A DNA stretch of 64,000 bases, taken from NCBI RefSeq assembly GCF_036321535.1, contig NC_087437.1, forward strand, positions 122,080,001 to 122,144,000, written 5' to 3'. Shown piece by piece: positions 45,100-58,599 of the stretch; the first letter of the stretch is position 1; each line of letters begins with the position of its first letter. This stretch comes from Camelus dromedarius. Taxonomy: Eukaryota. Both the position numbers and the translations under genes were made by a program. The notes under the pieces were generated by a model, which ran no database searches, was not told where the DNA came from, and was given only the letters and a program-made list of their open reading frames with translations.

Positions 45100-45235
45100 G
45101 TGGGCGGGAAGGGCACGGGGAACTTTCCGGATAATGGAAGTGTTGTCTGTGTTGACAGCGTGCGGACTACGTGGGGGCGTGTTTGTCACAGTTCTTAGAA
45201 CTGTACACGCACAGACGCTTTGCCTTGAGAAAGAG
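45100..45235 (+). mobile_element. L1MC/ME 3' terminal fragment, GC-drifted
   Basis: gggaactttccggataatggaagtgttgtctgtgttgac...tttgtcacagttcttagaactgtacac. Confidence 0.6.
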
Positions 45236-45649
45236 AAGTCGGAGTTTCTGCCACCAGCTCCCCGTCTGCCCCAGCTCGGGAACCCTCCTCTCCTGTTCCC
45301 TGTGGCCGTGAGCCCCTCACCCAGCAAGTGTCCACCCCCCTGGGGGCCCACAGCACCCCCTGGCGGGCAGAACACAGTATGCACTCATTCACGCCGACCC
45401 CTCCCCTCCAAGTGAGCAGGATGGGACGTCACCCCGGGGCTCTGCACGGTCACTGGGGACCCAAAGCGGTGGACTCTGAGATTCCCGAGGGTGAGTCAGA
45501 CCTGAAAGACGCCCCTGAGATCCCTCCAGCTCGGTCTTCCTATGGACTGCCCGTGGAGGGGCAGCCAGCTACAAATCGGGGACCCCAGCCCCGCAGCAGC
45601 AAGCTTGCGAAACCCATCAACAGCTAGCAGCCTGGAAGAGGCCCCAAGC

Positions 45650-45703
45650 CCGGGACGAGACGGGCGGACAGCCCGGTGACCGGGACGAGACGGGCAGACA
45701 GCC
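45650..45703. repeat. ~29-bp tandem duplication
   Basis: ccgggacgagacgggc(g/a)gacagcc twice. Confidence 0.9.
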
Positions 45704-47149
45704 TGCATCCAGCCTCTGGGCCCCGGGCAGGACCCGCTGAGCGGCGCCCGAACCGCCGGCCGTGGGACCGAGAGAGGGCCCGTCTGTGCTGTCGGAGCTG
45801 TGGAGCTGGTGGCGATCTGCTGTGCGGTTGTGCTCATCGGCACACACTGCGCCCTGAGTCACGGAGCTTGTAACCTCCGGCTATAGTTTAACAGACCCCC
45901 CTCCTGGGATCCCCGCCCTCCCGGGATCAGGCCCATTGCGCGGTGGGGACAGGAGGCGGGGGGCCCCTCTCCCTCCATCCCGGGTCACACACGGGGCCAT
46001 CCTCCTTCTGAAAGTCTCCGTCAAGGCCCCTGAGACCGCCGCCCCTCCTGCGCAGCCCGGCCACCTCGCCCCCGAGCAGGGCCGCCGGGGTTTTTGGGGC
46101 TGGCGGCCAACCCACCTCCATCCCTGGTCTCCACCTCCCTTTGCTGTTCAGATCCTCTCTAACTGGGGGTCATTCCGGGTTATCTGGGGGGCCAGGGTCA
46201 CCACAAGGGTCACCAAGCCTGCGGGGATTTGTTGCAGCCTTTGCGAGACACACACGTCTCCTGGAAACACAGTTCCTCTTTCAGCCTCCACCTTGCAGCC
46301 CTGGTCGGACGCTCTGAGCTTTCTTTTCCAGCTGAGCCCTAGAGAGTCTATCAGACGGGCCAAAACAGCACCCGGGTCACCGGACGATCAGTTGGCATGT
46401 TTATAACTTGAGTTTGCTTCCCAAATCCTGACCACGGACCATACGGCTGTGGCTGCTAACTACTTTGGATTCTTCACAAAATACTCATCAGGGCTCCCAG
46501 CCCCAGGACGGGCGGGGAGGGGGCCCTGAGCCCCACCGGGCCGCAGGGTCTCCCATGTCCAGGGTAAGCGCCTTCTTGACACGGGCCTCATGGGGCCCAC
46601 GGCCCATCTGCGTGGGGGCCGCGGTTTATGTTTCCCTCAGAGACACGGTGCCAGTTGCCTGTTGAGACTCGGGGAGCTTCCAGTCTGCGTCTGAGAACCC
46701 TAGGGGGGTAACAGGCGTGTCAAAGTGGACCTGGCCGAGCAGCAGCCCTCCACCGCCCGGCCAGGCTCCGGGCTAGCACCACAGGTGGCCAGCCTGACCC
46801 CCACCCACAACCCCTGTCCCTGCCTGGACCCCGAGGGTGGACCCTCTCTGGCCCAGAGGAGCGCGGGGCCGTCCGGGAGTCACCTCACGTGGCTTCCAGA
46901 GCAGCTGCTTCCTGAAGACCGTCTGGGGTCCGTGGGAGGTGAACTCCGACCCGGCTAACAAAAAGGAAAAGCTCCTGAGGAAAACAGGCCCTCATAATAG
47001 TTTTCTAGTTTTTTGAGGAAATGCTTTTTTGGGAGAAGCAACGATGCTCAAAATAAAGGGTCAAGAGACTGTCACCCACCTGACACCAGCCCCGCAAACC
47101 GCACGCCTCCCGCCTCAAGGACCCGCTCAGCTGCGCCCGCCCCGGCCCT

Positions 47150-47659
47150 TGTCTAACGCGGGGCCTCCTTGTCCTCTTTAAACTGATGACAAGTTGACGT
47201 TATGAGGGAGGGATCCCAGCTCAGATGAACAAAAACGGAGTCAGGAGACCTTTGAGGATCTGATGTCAGCCTGTCCCTGCCCCACTGAGCCCTTGAACTT
47301 TCTCTGAATTGCACCAGGTCCAAGGACACCCCGGCAGTGTTCAGAACAGCACCTGCCAGCTGCAACCGTGTGGTCTCAGGGTCTCCCCTTCCGACTGTGC
47401 ACCTGATTCAGACCCCACCATGCCTGCTTAGCAAGCACCCTCCCGTTTTGCCAGCTCCGACTGTAACCCCTGATGAGCAGCTCCTGGAACCAGCAGGAAC
47501 CTTGCGGTTTTGGCCCTTAGAAGCCTCTCCAGTTTGTAATTCAGGGCAACACGATCCAAGTGCTTCCCGCATCTGTTTCCCAGGCTGCAGTCCTAACAGA
47601 CCCCAAACAATCATCTTTTTATTTCAACCAGGTCTCCGTTACCGAAATTTTGGTTAGCA
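47150..47659 (+). mobile_element. Solo ERV1-class LTR (MER34/MER39-like)
   Basis: tgtctaac...gttagca imperfect inverted ends; ggcccttagaagcc; atctgtttcccaggctgcagtcct resembles the 3' part of MER34/39-type LTRs; no TSD seen. Confidence 0.55.
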
Positions 47660-47779
47660 AAACAATCATCGTGATTTTCCTTAAGGAAACATTTCAAACG
47701 TGGACGAGCGGAGAGGCCAGTGCAGTGGCCGTCCCGTACTGCTCTCCGGGTGACCGTTACCGTCTGCCACGCTGGCTTT

Positions 47780-49944
47780 AGTGACTTTACGGTTGAAATA
47801 TTTTAGAGTGAGTTACAGACGGGACAATGTTTCACACATAAATACTTCAGTGCCCATCTCTAACAAGATAAGAGTTGCTTTCTGCATAAGCATAAAGCCA
47901 TTACTGAATCAAGCTCAAAATAGAACACCAAGCTAAAAACAGCCCCTACACATCACCCGAAGTCCAGGCCTTATTCAAATACCCAGTTTTCCGGAATCGT
48001 CTTTTACGAGCTTTTCCCCCCTAAGCTCTGACTGAAGTTTAAGGTGTCCTTCTAGTCCTTTCTGTCCCGTGTCACACTAAGAAGGGGTGGTAAAGTTAGT
48101 GTTCTAAAATTACTTGAAATGATTTTTTCCTTTGTGGAATTACATTATTAATAAGATGTAGTTAGGTCCACTTTTTCTCAGTTTGTTTACAACATCAGGA
48201 ACTTTTTCTCGGTAATTTAATTGTTTGAATATGTGAAATATTGACCTGGTTCAAAAGTCAAAGGTCGAAGAGTACCCTGGAGAGGCCATGCTCGCAGCCC
48301 GTCCCCTAACCTGACTCCCATCCAACCCTGCAGGCTCCTATGTTTATCGGCTTCTAATTAGATCTTTCAGTGCTTCGTTTCGTGATGCCATTTCTGTTCA
48401 ACAGAGAGCGTGCTGAATTCACAGACCTGCACTCCAGTTTTCACTTCGCCGTACAGGCTGGAGATTACTTCACATTGGTCTCCACCCCCTGTGGCAGGTG
48501 GGTTTTCTGTCTTGTGGCTCTGCCTCGGTTCTGAGCAGCACCTCACAGTTAGACATTCTGGTGATTTCCGACCCTGAAGCTGCAAAGAAGAGCCTGGGGC
48601 ATGTGTCATTTCTGCCCTTGCACGTGTGTGTCTTGAGGACAGATCAAGGCAAACACATCCGTCTCTGCTGGATCCAGCCAGTTCCCTCCATGAGCTGCAT
48701 CTCTCCCCACAGCCTTGCCAATAAATTTACCTGTCAAACCTCTGGGGTTTTGTCAACCTGATGGCTGAGAAGCAGTACTTGAGAAGCCCATTTGCTTTTC
48801 TCTCAAATGACGCTGAGCACTTACTCATATCTTGGGCCCCCTTGACGTCATTTCTTCTGCCAAAAGAAGCATTCATGGCTCTTTCCCATTATTCCTCGGT
48901 CTTGACTTTTTTCTTCTCCATTTCTGGAAACTCTCTTCCTAGTAAGTCGATTAGCCCTTAGTAACAACTTTACGTGTTTGTTCTCAACTTGTCATTGGTC
49001 TCTTGCCTTTGCTTTTTTTTTTTTTTTTTTTTTGTCGGGGGGGGGGTTAGGGATATATCTTAATATAATTGAATTTGTATCATTTCCTCTATTGATACTG
49101 AATTTAGAACAATATGTAGAAAGGATTTCCCCATACCCAAGTTCTAGAGCAATCCCATGTTTTCTTCTAGTACTTCTATGGTTTCATGCTTTATATTTAC
49201 ATTTCTGATCTGTTTGGAGTTTGTCCCATAGTGTACAGTGTGACAAGGATCCAGTTTTCTTTTTCCAGGTGGCTATCCAAATCACCCAACACCATTTGTT
49301 AAAAAGTCTGTCTTTCCCCAACTTGAGATGCTGCCTTTATTACCCTTAAACTCCATATATGTATGTGGGTCAATTTCTGAATCTTCTAGTCTGTTCCACT
49401 GATTAGTCTATTTATGCACCAGTACCACACTTTCAATTATGGACACCCTAGAGTTTTTTTGACCTCTGTAGGGACTGCCCGACCCCTCCCCCACTGCTAA
49501 TCTTTCCCAGCATTTTCCTGATGCTTCTTGTTTACTTTTTCATATGAGCTTTAGAGTCATTTTTTTCTAGGCCCTGGAAGAGAGGAAGGACCCTTTGGTA
49601 TTTTTAGTTATAAATTAACTTAAGGTGACTTGGCATCTTCATGATAGTGAGTGTTCCTGTCCAGAGACATGGTTTATATTTTCATTTGTTTGTCTGCTTC
49701 AGTATTTTTCAAAGTAAAGCTTGGTTCATATAAGGTTAACATATTTATTGTTAATCTTTATTTTTACTGTCGTTTGGTCATCGTTTCTATGAGGACTACT
49801 GATTTATCTATATTAATGTTATATCCTGCAACATTAATGAATTCTCTTCTTGTTTTCATAGTTTCTCAGCCTTGATTTTACCAGAGCTACAATCTGCAAT
49901 GGAGAATGGAGGTCATTTCCCCTTCCTTTCCAATTGCTATGCGT

Positions 49945-49980
<36 letters not shown>

Positions 49981-50790
49981 CTGCATCTGATGATGTTCCG
50001 ATAGGATACTAAATAGTAGGAGTGATGGTAGTGGGTAAGTCATGCTTCTGACTTTGGTGGGAACACCTCAGTGCACCCTATTAAGAAAACATTTTTTTCT
50101 GTTTATCCATAAAAGATTAGGAAATAAATCTTTTGCACATAAGGAAACAATCACATAATTTTCTACTTAGCCTGGTGATTCGGGGATGGGCAGTGGAGAG
50201 GAGCAGTTCTACTTTTTCTGTGTGAATTTGTCAGCTTAGACATTCTGTTTACTCACTCAGTTCTGGTAAGTCATAGGGAATTATCTTTCTGTCCAGGTTT
50301 TTAAGTGCTTTGGCCTAGAGTTATAAGTTGTCTCCTAAGATTTGTGTCATTTTCTCTATGTTGATGGTTATTCCTCCTCTTTTCAGTGTTTTTGTCATGT
50401 GTATTTATGACTTTACTTTTTCTCTGGATTAAGTTAGCTAGTGACTTATCCATTTCGGTCGTTTGGTCATTTCCAGTGAACTAGGTTTTTATTTGTTAAT
50501 TCTACTGTTTTTCTGTTTTCCATTTCAGTTTCTGACTTTGCCTTATTAACTTTCAATTTACTTAGTTGTTCTTACTTTAAATTCTTGAGTTAGACGTTTC
50601 ATTTATTTTTCTTTCATTTTTCTTATTATGACTATAAGGCTATACATTTGTCTTTGGGTACTTTCTGAGTCGCACTCCCTAGATTCTGGTATGTTTTCAC
50701 TATCATCATTTCCGAGCATCTCTGAAATTGGTTTGCATTCACCCTTTGACACAAGAGTTTTTAAACAAAGTTTTAAAACATACAGGCCAA
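47780..50790 (-). mobile_element. Patchwork of ancient L1M relics
   Basis: T-rich ORF2-like blocks, e.g. ggctatccaaatcacccaacaccatttgttaaaaagtctgtctttcccc. Confidence 0.65.
49943..49980. repeat. (GT)n(GA)n compound microsatellite
   Basis: Directly visible. Confidence 0.95.
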
Positions 50791-50815
50791 CAGACATTTA
50801 AATTTTCTGTTTTGA

Positions 50816-51495
50816 AAACTAAAAAAAGACTTACCATATGATCCAGCAATCCCACTTCTAGGCATATATCCAGAGGGAACTCTAATTCAAAAAGATACAT
50901 GCATCCCAATGTTCATAGCAGCACTATTTACGATAGTCCAGACATGGAAGCAACCTAAGTGTCCACAGAAAGATGACTGGATAAACAAGTTTGGTATATA
51001 CATATACAATGGAATACTACTCAGCCATAAAAAGTATAAAATAATGCTAGTTACAGCAACATGGATGGACCTGGAGCTCGTCATTCTAAGTGAGGTTAAC
51101 CAGAAAGAGACAGAAAAATATCATATGATATCACTCATATGTGGTGTCTAAAAAAAGAAGACACTAATGAACTCATCTACAAAACAGAAACAGACTTGCA
51201 GACACAGTAAACAATCTTATGGTTATTGAGGGAAAGGGGGTGGGAAGGGATAAATTTGGGAGTTTGAGATTGCAAATACTAGCATCTATATAAAAAAAGA
51301 TTAAAAGCAAATTTCTTCTGTATAGCACAGGGAACTATATTCAATATCTTGTAATAACCTTTAATGAAAAAGAATATGAAAATGAACATATGTATGTATA
51401 GGTATGGCTGGGACACTGTGCTGTATACCAGAAATTGACACATTGTAACGGACCATATATACGTCAATAAAAAAATTAATTAATTAAATAAAAAT
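50816..51495 (+). mobile_element. Relatively young 5'-truncated L1 (ORF2 C-terminus + 3' UTR + A-tail)
   Basis: ORF 50909-51151 MFIAALFTIVQTWKQPKCP...WMDLELVILSEV is the L1 ORF2 C-terminus; TSD aaattttctgttttga (50800-50815) / aaaatttctgttttga (51496-51511). Confidence 0.92.
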
Positions 51496-51949
51496 AAAAT
51501 TTCTGTTTTGATTTCTAGCTTTATCATGCTATTTCCATTACTTCTGTCTGGGATTGAGACTTTTCTTGTGGCCTAACATGTGGTCAGTTTTCGTGGCTGT
51601 CCTGTGTGTGCTGGGAAAGACAAGGTGCACCTCGCCGGTCGGAGCACGATCTCAGCAGCTTCCATCAGGCCTGCCTGCAACGCCGCACTGTCGGGACGCC
51701 ACGTGCTTACTCACGTTTGTCCCGTTCACCTGTCTGGGGCTGAAAGAGGTGGATTTCTTTCTGTTTCTCTGACTCTCTCCTGCAGCTTCTGCTTTGTGAT
51801 GATTGTTGCCGTGTCATTTGCTGTACAAGTGACCGCGGCTCTGATGCCATCATCCTGAAGAGGAGCCACACTCTGGTTCTTCCTCCTCTTATCTGATTGC
51901 CTCCAAGCCCCAAATCTATCCTGTACCAATCCAGATCATTACCCTGTAT

Positions 51950-53050
51950 TCTTTTACTTAAATCAAATTTACTGAAAGACATTTACATGCAATAAAATGA
52001 ACCCACTTTAAGAGTACAGTTAGATAAGTTCTGACAAACATACACTCCTGTAGAGCACCCCCACAAGCAAGAGCACTGGAGCACCCCAAGCCCAGGCACC
52101 CCTGCACCCCAGGCAGACACTGATTTCTTTCTGATGCTCTAAATTAGACTCGTCTATTTAGAGGGGCACATGGTGGGGCCACATATACGTGCTCTTCTGT
52201 GTCTGGCTACTGTCACTCCACGCCACAGTGTTCTCGGGGCCCATCCATGCTGTCACATGTGCAGGACCTCCTGCTGCTGAGCGGAGTCTGTTTCCCCGTC
52301 CTGCTCTGATGATCCTCGACGCACCGGCGGTGGCTGTTTCCAGGTTTGGGCTCTTACGAATGAAACTGCTACCAGCTTTTCTGCACGGGTCTCAGTTTAG
52401 ACCAGTGTTTTCATTTTTCCTGGATAAACACCTAAGAGAGGAATTGCTGGATGGTGTGGATGTTAGCTGTTTCACTCTTTAACTATTTTCTGCAGTGTCC
52501 GCACCATCCCGTATTTCTATCAGAAACGCGCGCGTCTCAGCAGCTGCGTCTTTGTCGGCACTTAACAATGCCGGCCTCGCTACCTTTAGCCGCTCTGGTG
52601 GGGCTGTGGTGGCTCCTTGTGGTGCCTTAATTTTCTTTCCCCGATGACCAAAGATGCTGAACACTTTCCATGCACTTATTGGTTGGTCATTCCATTGTGA
52701 ACGCCTACTGCAATCTTTTGCCCACTTTCATTTCGTATAGTTTTGTAGTTCTGCGTATGTAGTCATGCACGAGTTCTTTTAATAGTCTGAACATAAGTCC
52801 TCTGTTAGACACTACTTTGCAAATATTTCCTTCCACTCCATGACTTGCCTAGTCATCATTTTCTCAATGCTGTCTTTTGATAAGCAGATTTCAAATTTTT
52901 ATAATATAATACCCAATTTTTATCTTATGATTATTGTTTTTGTCTTAAAAAAATAAGACTTGCCTAACCTAAGTCATGAGGACCCTCTTCTGTCACTTAC
53001 AGTTTCAGCATTTACCCTGAGGCCTTTGATCCACCTCAGATTACTCCATG
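51950..53050 (-). mobile_element. Old L1M 3'/ORF2 relic
   Basis: tttacatgcaataaaatgaacccactttaagagtacagttagataagttctgacaaacatacac. Confidence 0.7.
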
Positions 53051-53329
53051 TGTGTACGACGTGTGCGTGTCTGTGTAGAGGGTCTGGGAGAAGAAGGAGC
53101 CACAGGTGGGGTGGGGGTCAATCCACAAACCTGCGTATCAATTCCAGACCCTTGTCTGACCCCTGAACTGCATATGCTCCGGGGAGACTGCGAAAGACCC
53201 AAAATGCAGAAGCTAAAAGAGGGAAAGAAAGCAAAGATTTAAGCTGGTGGGGAAAGAAAACTCTTATCAACTAATGGTGCAGGAAAAACCAAACATCCAT
53301 ATATTAAAAAAAAAAAACATAAAACTTAT

Positions 53330-53790
53330 AGACATCATGGGCTTCCTGATATGCTACAGTAAAAAGGTCAAAAAGCCACCTCTGCTGGACTCCCGCCTCA
53401 AGCATAATGATACAGATTCGTAACTGCAGTCAAGAGGAAACATCCAACCACCCCAACTGAGAGGTGTTCTGCAGAATAACTGGGCTACATATTCAGAGAT
53501 GTCACAGTCACAAAACACTGAGAAGTGTTACAAAACTGCTTCATATTACAGAAGACTAAAGACGTGACAGCTAAATGCAACATGTGTCGCACGCTGGGGG
53601 AGGAACAGCACAAGGGACGTTATTGAGACAGTCATCAGAATTTGAACATGGTCTGTGGATTAGATGATGGTTTTGTATCGACGTTAAATTTCCTACTTGT
53701 GATCATTGCACTGCGGTTAAGTAAGAGGATGTTTTGTTCTCAGGAAACACACACTGAAGCACTTAAGCATAGAAATAATACCAACGATGC
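53330..53790 (+). mobile_element. L1MC-type 3' UTR fragment
   Basis: gactaaagacgtgacagctaaatgcaacatgtg...tttgaacatggtctgtggattaga...ggaaacacacactgaag. Confidence 0.7.
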
Positions 53791-54229
53791 TCAGTAATGA
53801 AGTCAACTGTTTAGAAGGGTTAATAAGCAACTTTCGCAAAGGTACCAGCGGTCACACAGCTCAAATGTTTTTAACAAAGTTTCTATTTGGAATAGATCTA
53901 CTAATACCACTTAATTATGCAAGGAAAATAGGGCATGTAAAGGAAAATTCAAAAAAACACATAACTAATATATATTTAGTGTGTATTTCTATAGCAGTTC
54001 AATTTCTATTGTTTTCCCAATATCCAGAGTAACCCAAAATATTCCAAGTGAAGGCGATAACCACAGAGCCAGTCTCATACAAGCTAAGGACTAAGTTTCT
54101 CTTGGGAAGAAAAAAAGTCAGATGTTGCAAAACTGCCCCCTAAAAGTTTGCAAAAATGGAGTGCTCCTGATAGTGCACAGCCATGACCGCTTCTTCGCAC
54201 ATTCATTGGCTGGGAACATCTGCATATGA

Positions 54230-56560
54230 GTTACGACGTGCACATACACTTTCTTCCCTCTTGGGTAAATTCCTAGGAGTGGAATGACTGGGTCATATAA
54301 TATATACAGTTAACTTTTTAAGAAACAGACACACTGTTTCCAAAGGGACTGAAACATTTTATGCTCCCACCAGCAGTGTATGAGAGTTCCAGTTGCTTCA
54401 CGGCTTCATCAGCATTTGTTATGATCAGTCTTTTAAGCCACAGCCTTTCTATTGTGTAGCAGGGTCTCATTCTGGTATTTCCCAGTGATTAATGGTGCTG
54501 AGGTGCTTTCGTGTGCTTATTTGTTACACGTATATCTTCTTTAGCGACGTGTCTCTTCAAATCATTTGCCTATTTTTTCTAATTGGGTTGTTAGTTTTCT
54601 TACCATTGAGTTCTGAGGGTTCTTTACATATGCTGGTCCTTTCTCAGATGTATGATTTACAATTATTTTGTCCCAGTATGTATTGGCTTGCCTTTTTATT
54701 CCAATAACAATGTTTTTCAAAGAGCAGATGTTTTTTATTTCAATGAAGTCTATTTAATCTTTTTTTTTAATGGATCATGCTTTTGGTATCATATGTAAAA
54801 ACTGCTTAACCCAATATTTAAAAAATAAGCTTTATAGTTTTATGCTTCAAATAATCTGTTTTGAGTTAATATTTGTATATGGTGCAGGATATTGATCAAA
54901 GTTCATTTTATTTTGCATGTGGTTATGCAATTGTTCCAGCACCAACTGTTGAAAAGACTATCCTTTCTTCACTGAGTTACATTTGTACCTTTGTAAAAAT
55001 TAGTTGTCAATATGTGTGGGGGCCTATTTCTGGACTCTGTTCTGTTTCACGATCTGTTTGTTTGTCTCATGTCAATACTATACAGCCTTGATTACCATGG
55101 CTTTATAAGGTTTGAAATCAGCGCTGGTCCCCCAGGGTTCTTTTTCAAAGCCATTGTGGTTATTCTGGATCCTTTGCATTTTCATCCGAATTTTAAAATT
55201 AGCTTGTCCATTTCTACAAAATAGCTGTTGAAATTTTGAATCAATAGATTAATCTGAGGATAATTAACACCACAATAATACCATGAACACAGTATATCTC
55301 TCCATTTATTGTTTTTTTTTTAAATCAAGAAAAGATTACTGAATTTTGTCCATTTTTTTCTGCATCTTTTAGTTTGTTGTGGTGAATTACATTAATTTTC
55401 AAAAGTTAAGCCAAACTTGTAATGTTTCATGTATTTAAATTTTAAAAAACATTTTGAGATAACTGTAGATCCACATGCAGTTGTAAGAAACAACAGAAAA
55501 AGATCTCGCGTATCCTTTCCCCCGTTTTCCCCAATGGTTACATCTTGCAAAACTACAGTACAATGACACAACTAGGATATTAATACTGACAATCATAATA
55601 CAGAACAGGTCCATCGCCACAAGGATGTCCCTTCCCATCTCCCCTCTACACTTAACTATTGGCTATCACTAACTTGGTCTTCATTTCTTTAATTTCGTCA
55701 TTGCAAAAGTGTTATACAAATGGAATCACATAGTATGTGATCTTTGGGGGTTTTGTTTGGTTTGGGTTTGGGGGCTTTTTTGCTTGTTTTTCTTAAATTT
55801 TTTTCTTTCAGTTTTATTGAGATAGAGTTGACATACATCACTGTATGAGTTTAGGGTGAACAGCATGATAATTTGACTTACATACATCATGAAATGATGA
55901 TCACAAGTTTAGTGAATATCCGTCATCTCACACAGATATACAATCTAAGAAATAGAAAACATTTTTGTGTGTATGTGATGAGAACTCTTAGGATTTACTC
56001 TCTTAAGAACTTTCATATGTAGCATACAGCAGTAGTAATTATATTTAACATTTTGTACATTACATTCCTAGTATTCATTTACCTGATAACTAGAAGTTTG
56101 TTCCATTTGACAGCCTTCACCCAGTTCCCCCTCCTTCAACCCCCTACCTCTGGTAACCACAAACCTCATCTCTTTTTCTTTAAGTTTGTTTGCACGTGTT
56201 TTTGAAGTATAATTGACCCAACACAATATGTTACACAACATAGTGATTTTTTCCTACACATTTCAAAATGATCTCCGTGATGTCTAATTATGATATGTCA
56301 CCACGCAAAGGTATTACAACATAATTGACTCTAATCCCAACACTGTACTTCCATGTTTGCGATTCATTTATTTTACAACTGGAAGTTTGTACCTCAATCT
56401 CCCTTACCTATTTCTTTCCTCCTCCCATCCCCATCTCCTCTGGCAACCACCTGTTTGTACCTATAACTCTTGTTTTGTTATGTTTTTTCACTTGTTTGGT
56501 TTTTTTAGATTCCACAGATAAGTGAAATCATACAGTATTCGTCTTTCTCTTTGTCCTGTA
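54230..56560 (-). mobile_element. Stack of L1 fragments (ORF2 relic ~54230-55400; L1MC 3' end ~55430-55740; L1MA-like 3' ends ~55800-56560)
   Basis: cttgggtaaattcctaggagtggaatgactgggtcata; ttttgagataactgtagatccacatgcagttg; ttttattgagatagagttgacatac. Confidence 0.75.
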
Positions 56561-57849
56561 GTTGTTGAGACTTGCCTTTCTATACTGTCAAGTCCATGCT
56601 CAACATCTTTTTCTTGTAGCTTTTTCTTTCATCTCTTGAATGAGTTTTATTTTATTTAACAGAGTTCATGGGGGCTCACATCCAGGGTGACTTTATACTG
56701 AGGGCTAACTCCTTGCTGCGTCTGGACTTGCACAACTACTTGGCGTGGCACAGCACAGCATTTCTGGGACGCCTGTCGACCTTTCAGTGCTTCAGTTTCC
56801 TCATCCCATCCTTGGCTAGGAAATTTCATTTTTCATCCCTGTTGTTAACCATCATATCACTACAAACTTTTTTTTTTTAATTGTAATTGTCAGCCACTTT
56901 TGTAACTGAAAGTACCCATAGGATTTTTTTACTTCTTGGGTAGTTCTCTTACGAAACATGATTTTCCATAGTAGATTTCCTTCAGCCTTTCTCAATTGGA
57001 TTTCCTGAGAAAATTAAGTCATAATACCCTAAGACATCCATTGAAGATAACAAATCCCACTTGCTTCCTCTGCATCTGGAATACTACCAGTCACGAGTCA
57101 TCCAGGGAGAACTGAGAGGAGTCAGTCTTTTCTGTGTCCTGCGGTCCAGCTGTGGTGCTGCTGAGAGAGGCTTCAGCATGCTGGCTTGGCATGTATAGTC
57201 CTTGCTCATGTCCTCCATGCTCAGTTCTTGCTAACCCTTTTCTTTTCTCTTGTATGTTCAGGTGACCTCTTCATGCTCCCCCTCCCTCATATAGGACCCT
57301 CTGAGGGATGGGCCCTCTCAAAGTGCAGAAAAAACCAGCCCATACCTTGCTGGGCCCAGGCCTGGATTCTAGCTTCTGTTCAATGTCCAGTGCGGGAATC
57401 CACTACACTCTGCCCAGAACACAGCTGGCCAGGGCAGAGGACCCTACGGTGTAGGGGGTGAGCTCAGGGGACAGCAAAGGGGACTTCAGAAGATTAGGCA
57501 CGTCTTAGTGTTGAATCCTTGCCTCTACCCCTCCATGGAGCACTTGGTATAGTCTCTACTGCTCATTCAAAGCTTGTGATGGGTACCAAAAAGTCAGAAG
57601 TCCTGTACCCAGTGGATGGAGGGTAGGACTTGGGACAGTGTTCAGACCCGTGTGCTGGGGCAGAGATCAGGAGACTGAAAGTTCCCAAGAATTAGCAGAA
57701 ATCTCCAGTGGAGCGCTTTGGATTTTCATTCAGCTGGGACCAAGCCAACTGCATCTGGATATGTGTAGAATTCAAACTTAAACTAGCTAGCCTCCAGACT
57801 TTAGCCCTTTACTGTTGTGCCAGAAGCAGTAAGTTTGACACTTAAGTTA

Positions 57850-58135
57850 CGAGCACAGGCTCAGGAGCCAACCACTTAGACTCAGATATTGGCCATGAGT
57901 GCCTCCGTTTTCTCACCTCTACTTGAAAGCAGTAATAGCAGCCATGGCAGACTGCTGTCCTCAAGGGGACAGCGACCTCTGTAAAGCACCTAGACAGTGC
58001 CTGGGTGCGGCAAGAGTGATGGGAAGCGTTTACATCTGTAAATCTGATAAAAGTGCTTATCCCGTGGCTGTGAGATGAAGCGACAAGGGGATTATAACCA
58101 CACCTTGCACTCCACAAGTACTCAACATGTACCAG
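57850..58135 (+). mobile_element. MIR fragments
   Basis: gtgcctccgttttctcacctcta...gtaaagcacctagacagtgcctgg. Confidence 0.55.
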
Positions 58136-58599
58136 CCACTGCCATCCACCAACCTGCCTTTCCCAAGGCCATTCCAAGGTCAGATCCCCACTGCTTTTGC
58201 CTTAGTGTTGTTTTTCTGCATATTTGTTCATCTTTCACCAGCTGGATCTAATGAGATTTCCCTTCAGGCTTGCGTTTGATTTCCACCTCTCCCATATGGT
58301 CCCCAAATGTGGCAGGAGAGGCTGTCAGAGCGGCTGTGATCGTGCTGTTCTGACTTCCCTCCCCGGCAGAGCACATGTGGGATGGCTGGGCTGAGGACGG
58401 CGAGGCCTGAACTGCTCCAGGAGACAGGGCACCGTGTAGTAAAGAAGTTCCAGGTACACAACCGACTCTCCATGTATCATCAGCCACACCCCACTGACTG
58501 GGCGACCACGTGCACCCGAAGCACAGGTTGGACAGAGAACTGGAGCAGCCCCTGGACTCCATGGGCGGCCCTCTCCTCCAGGTGCGCAGAGCAGTGTCA

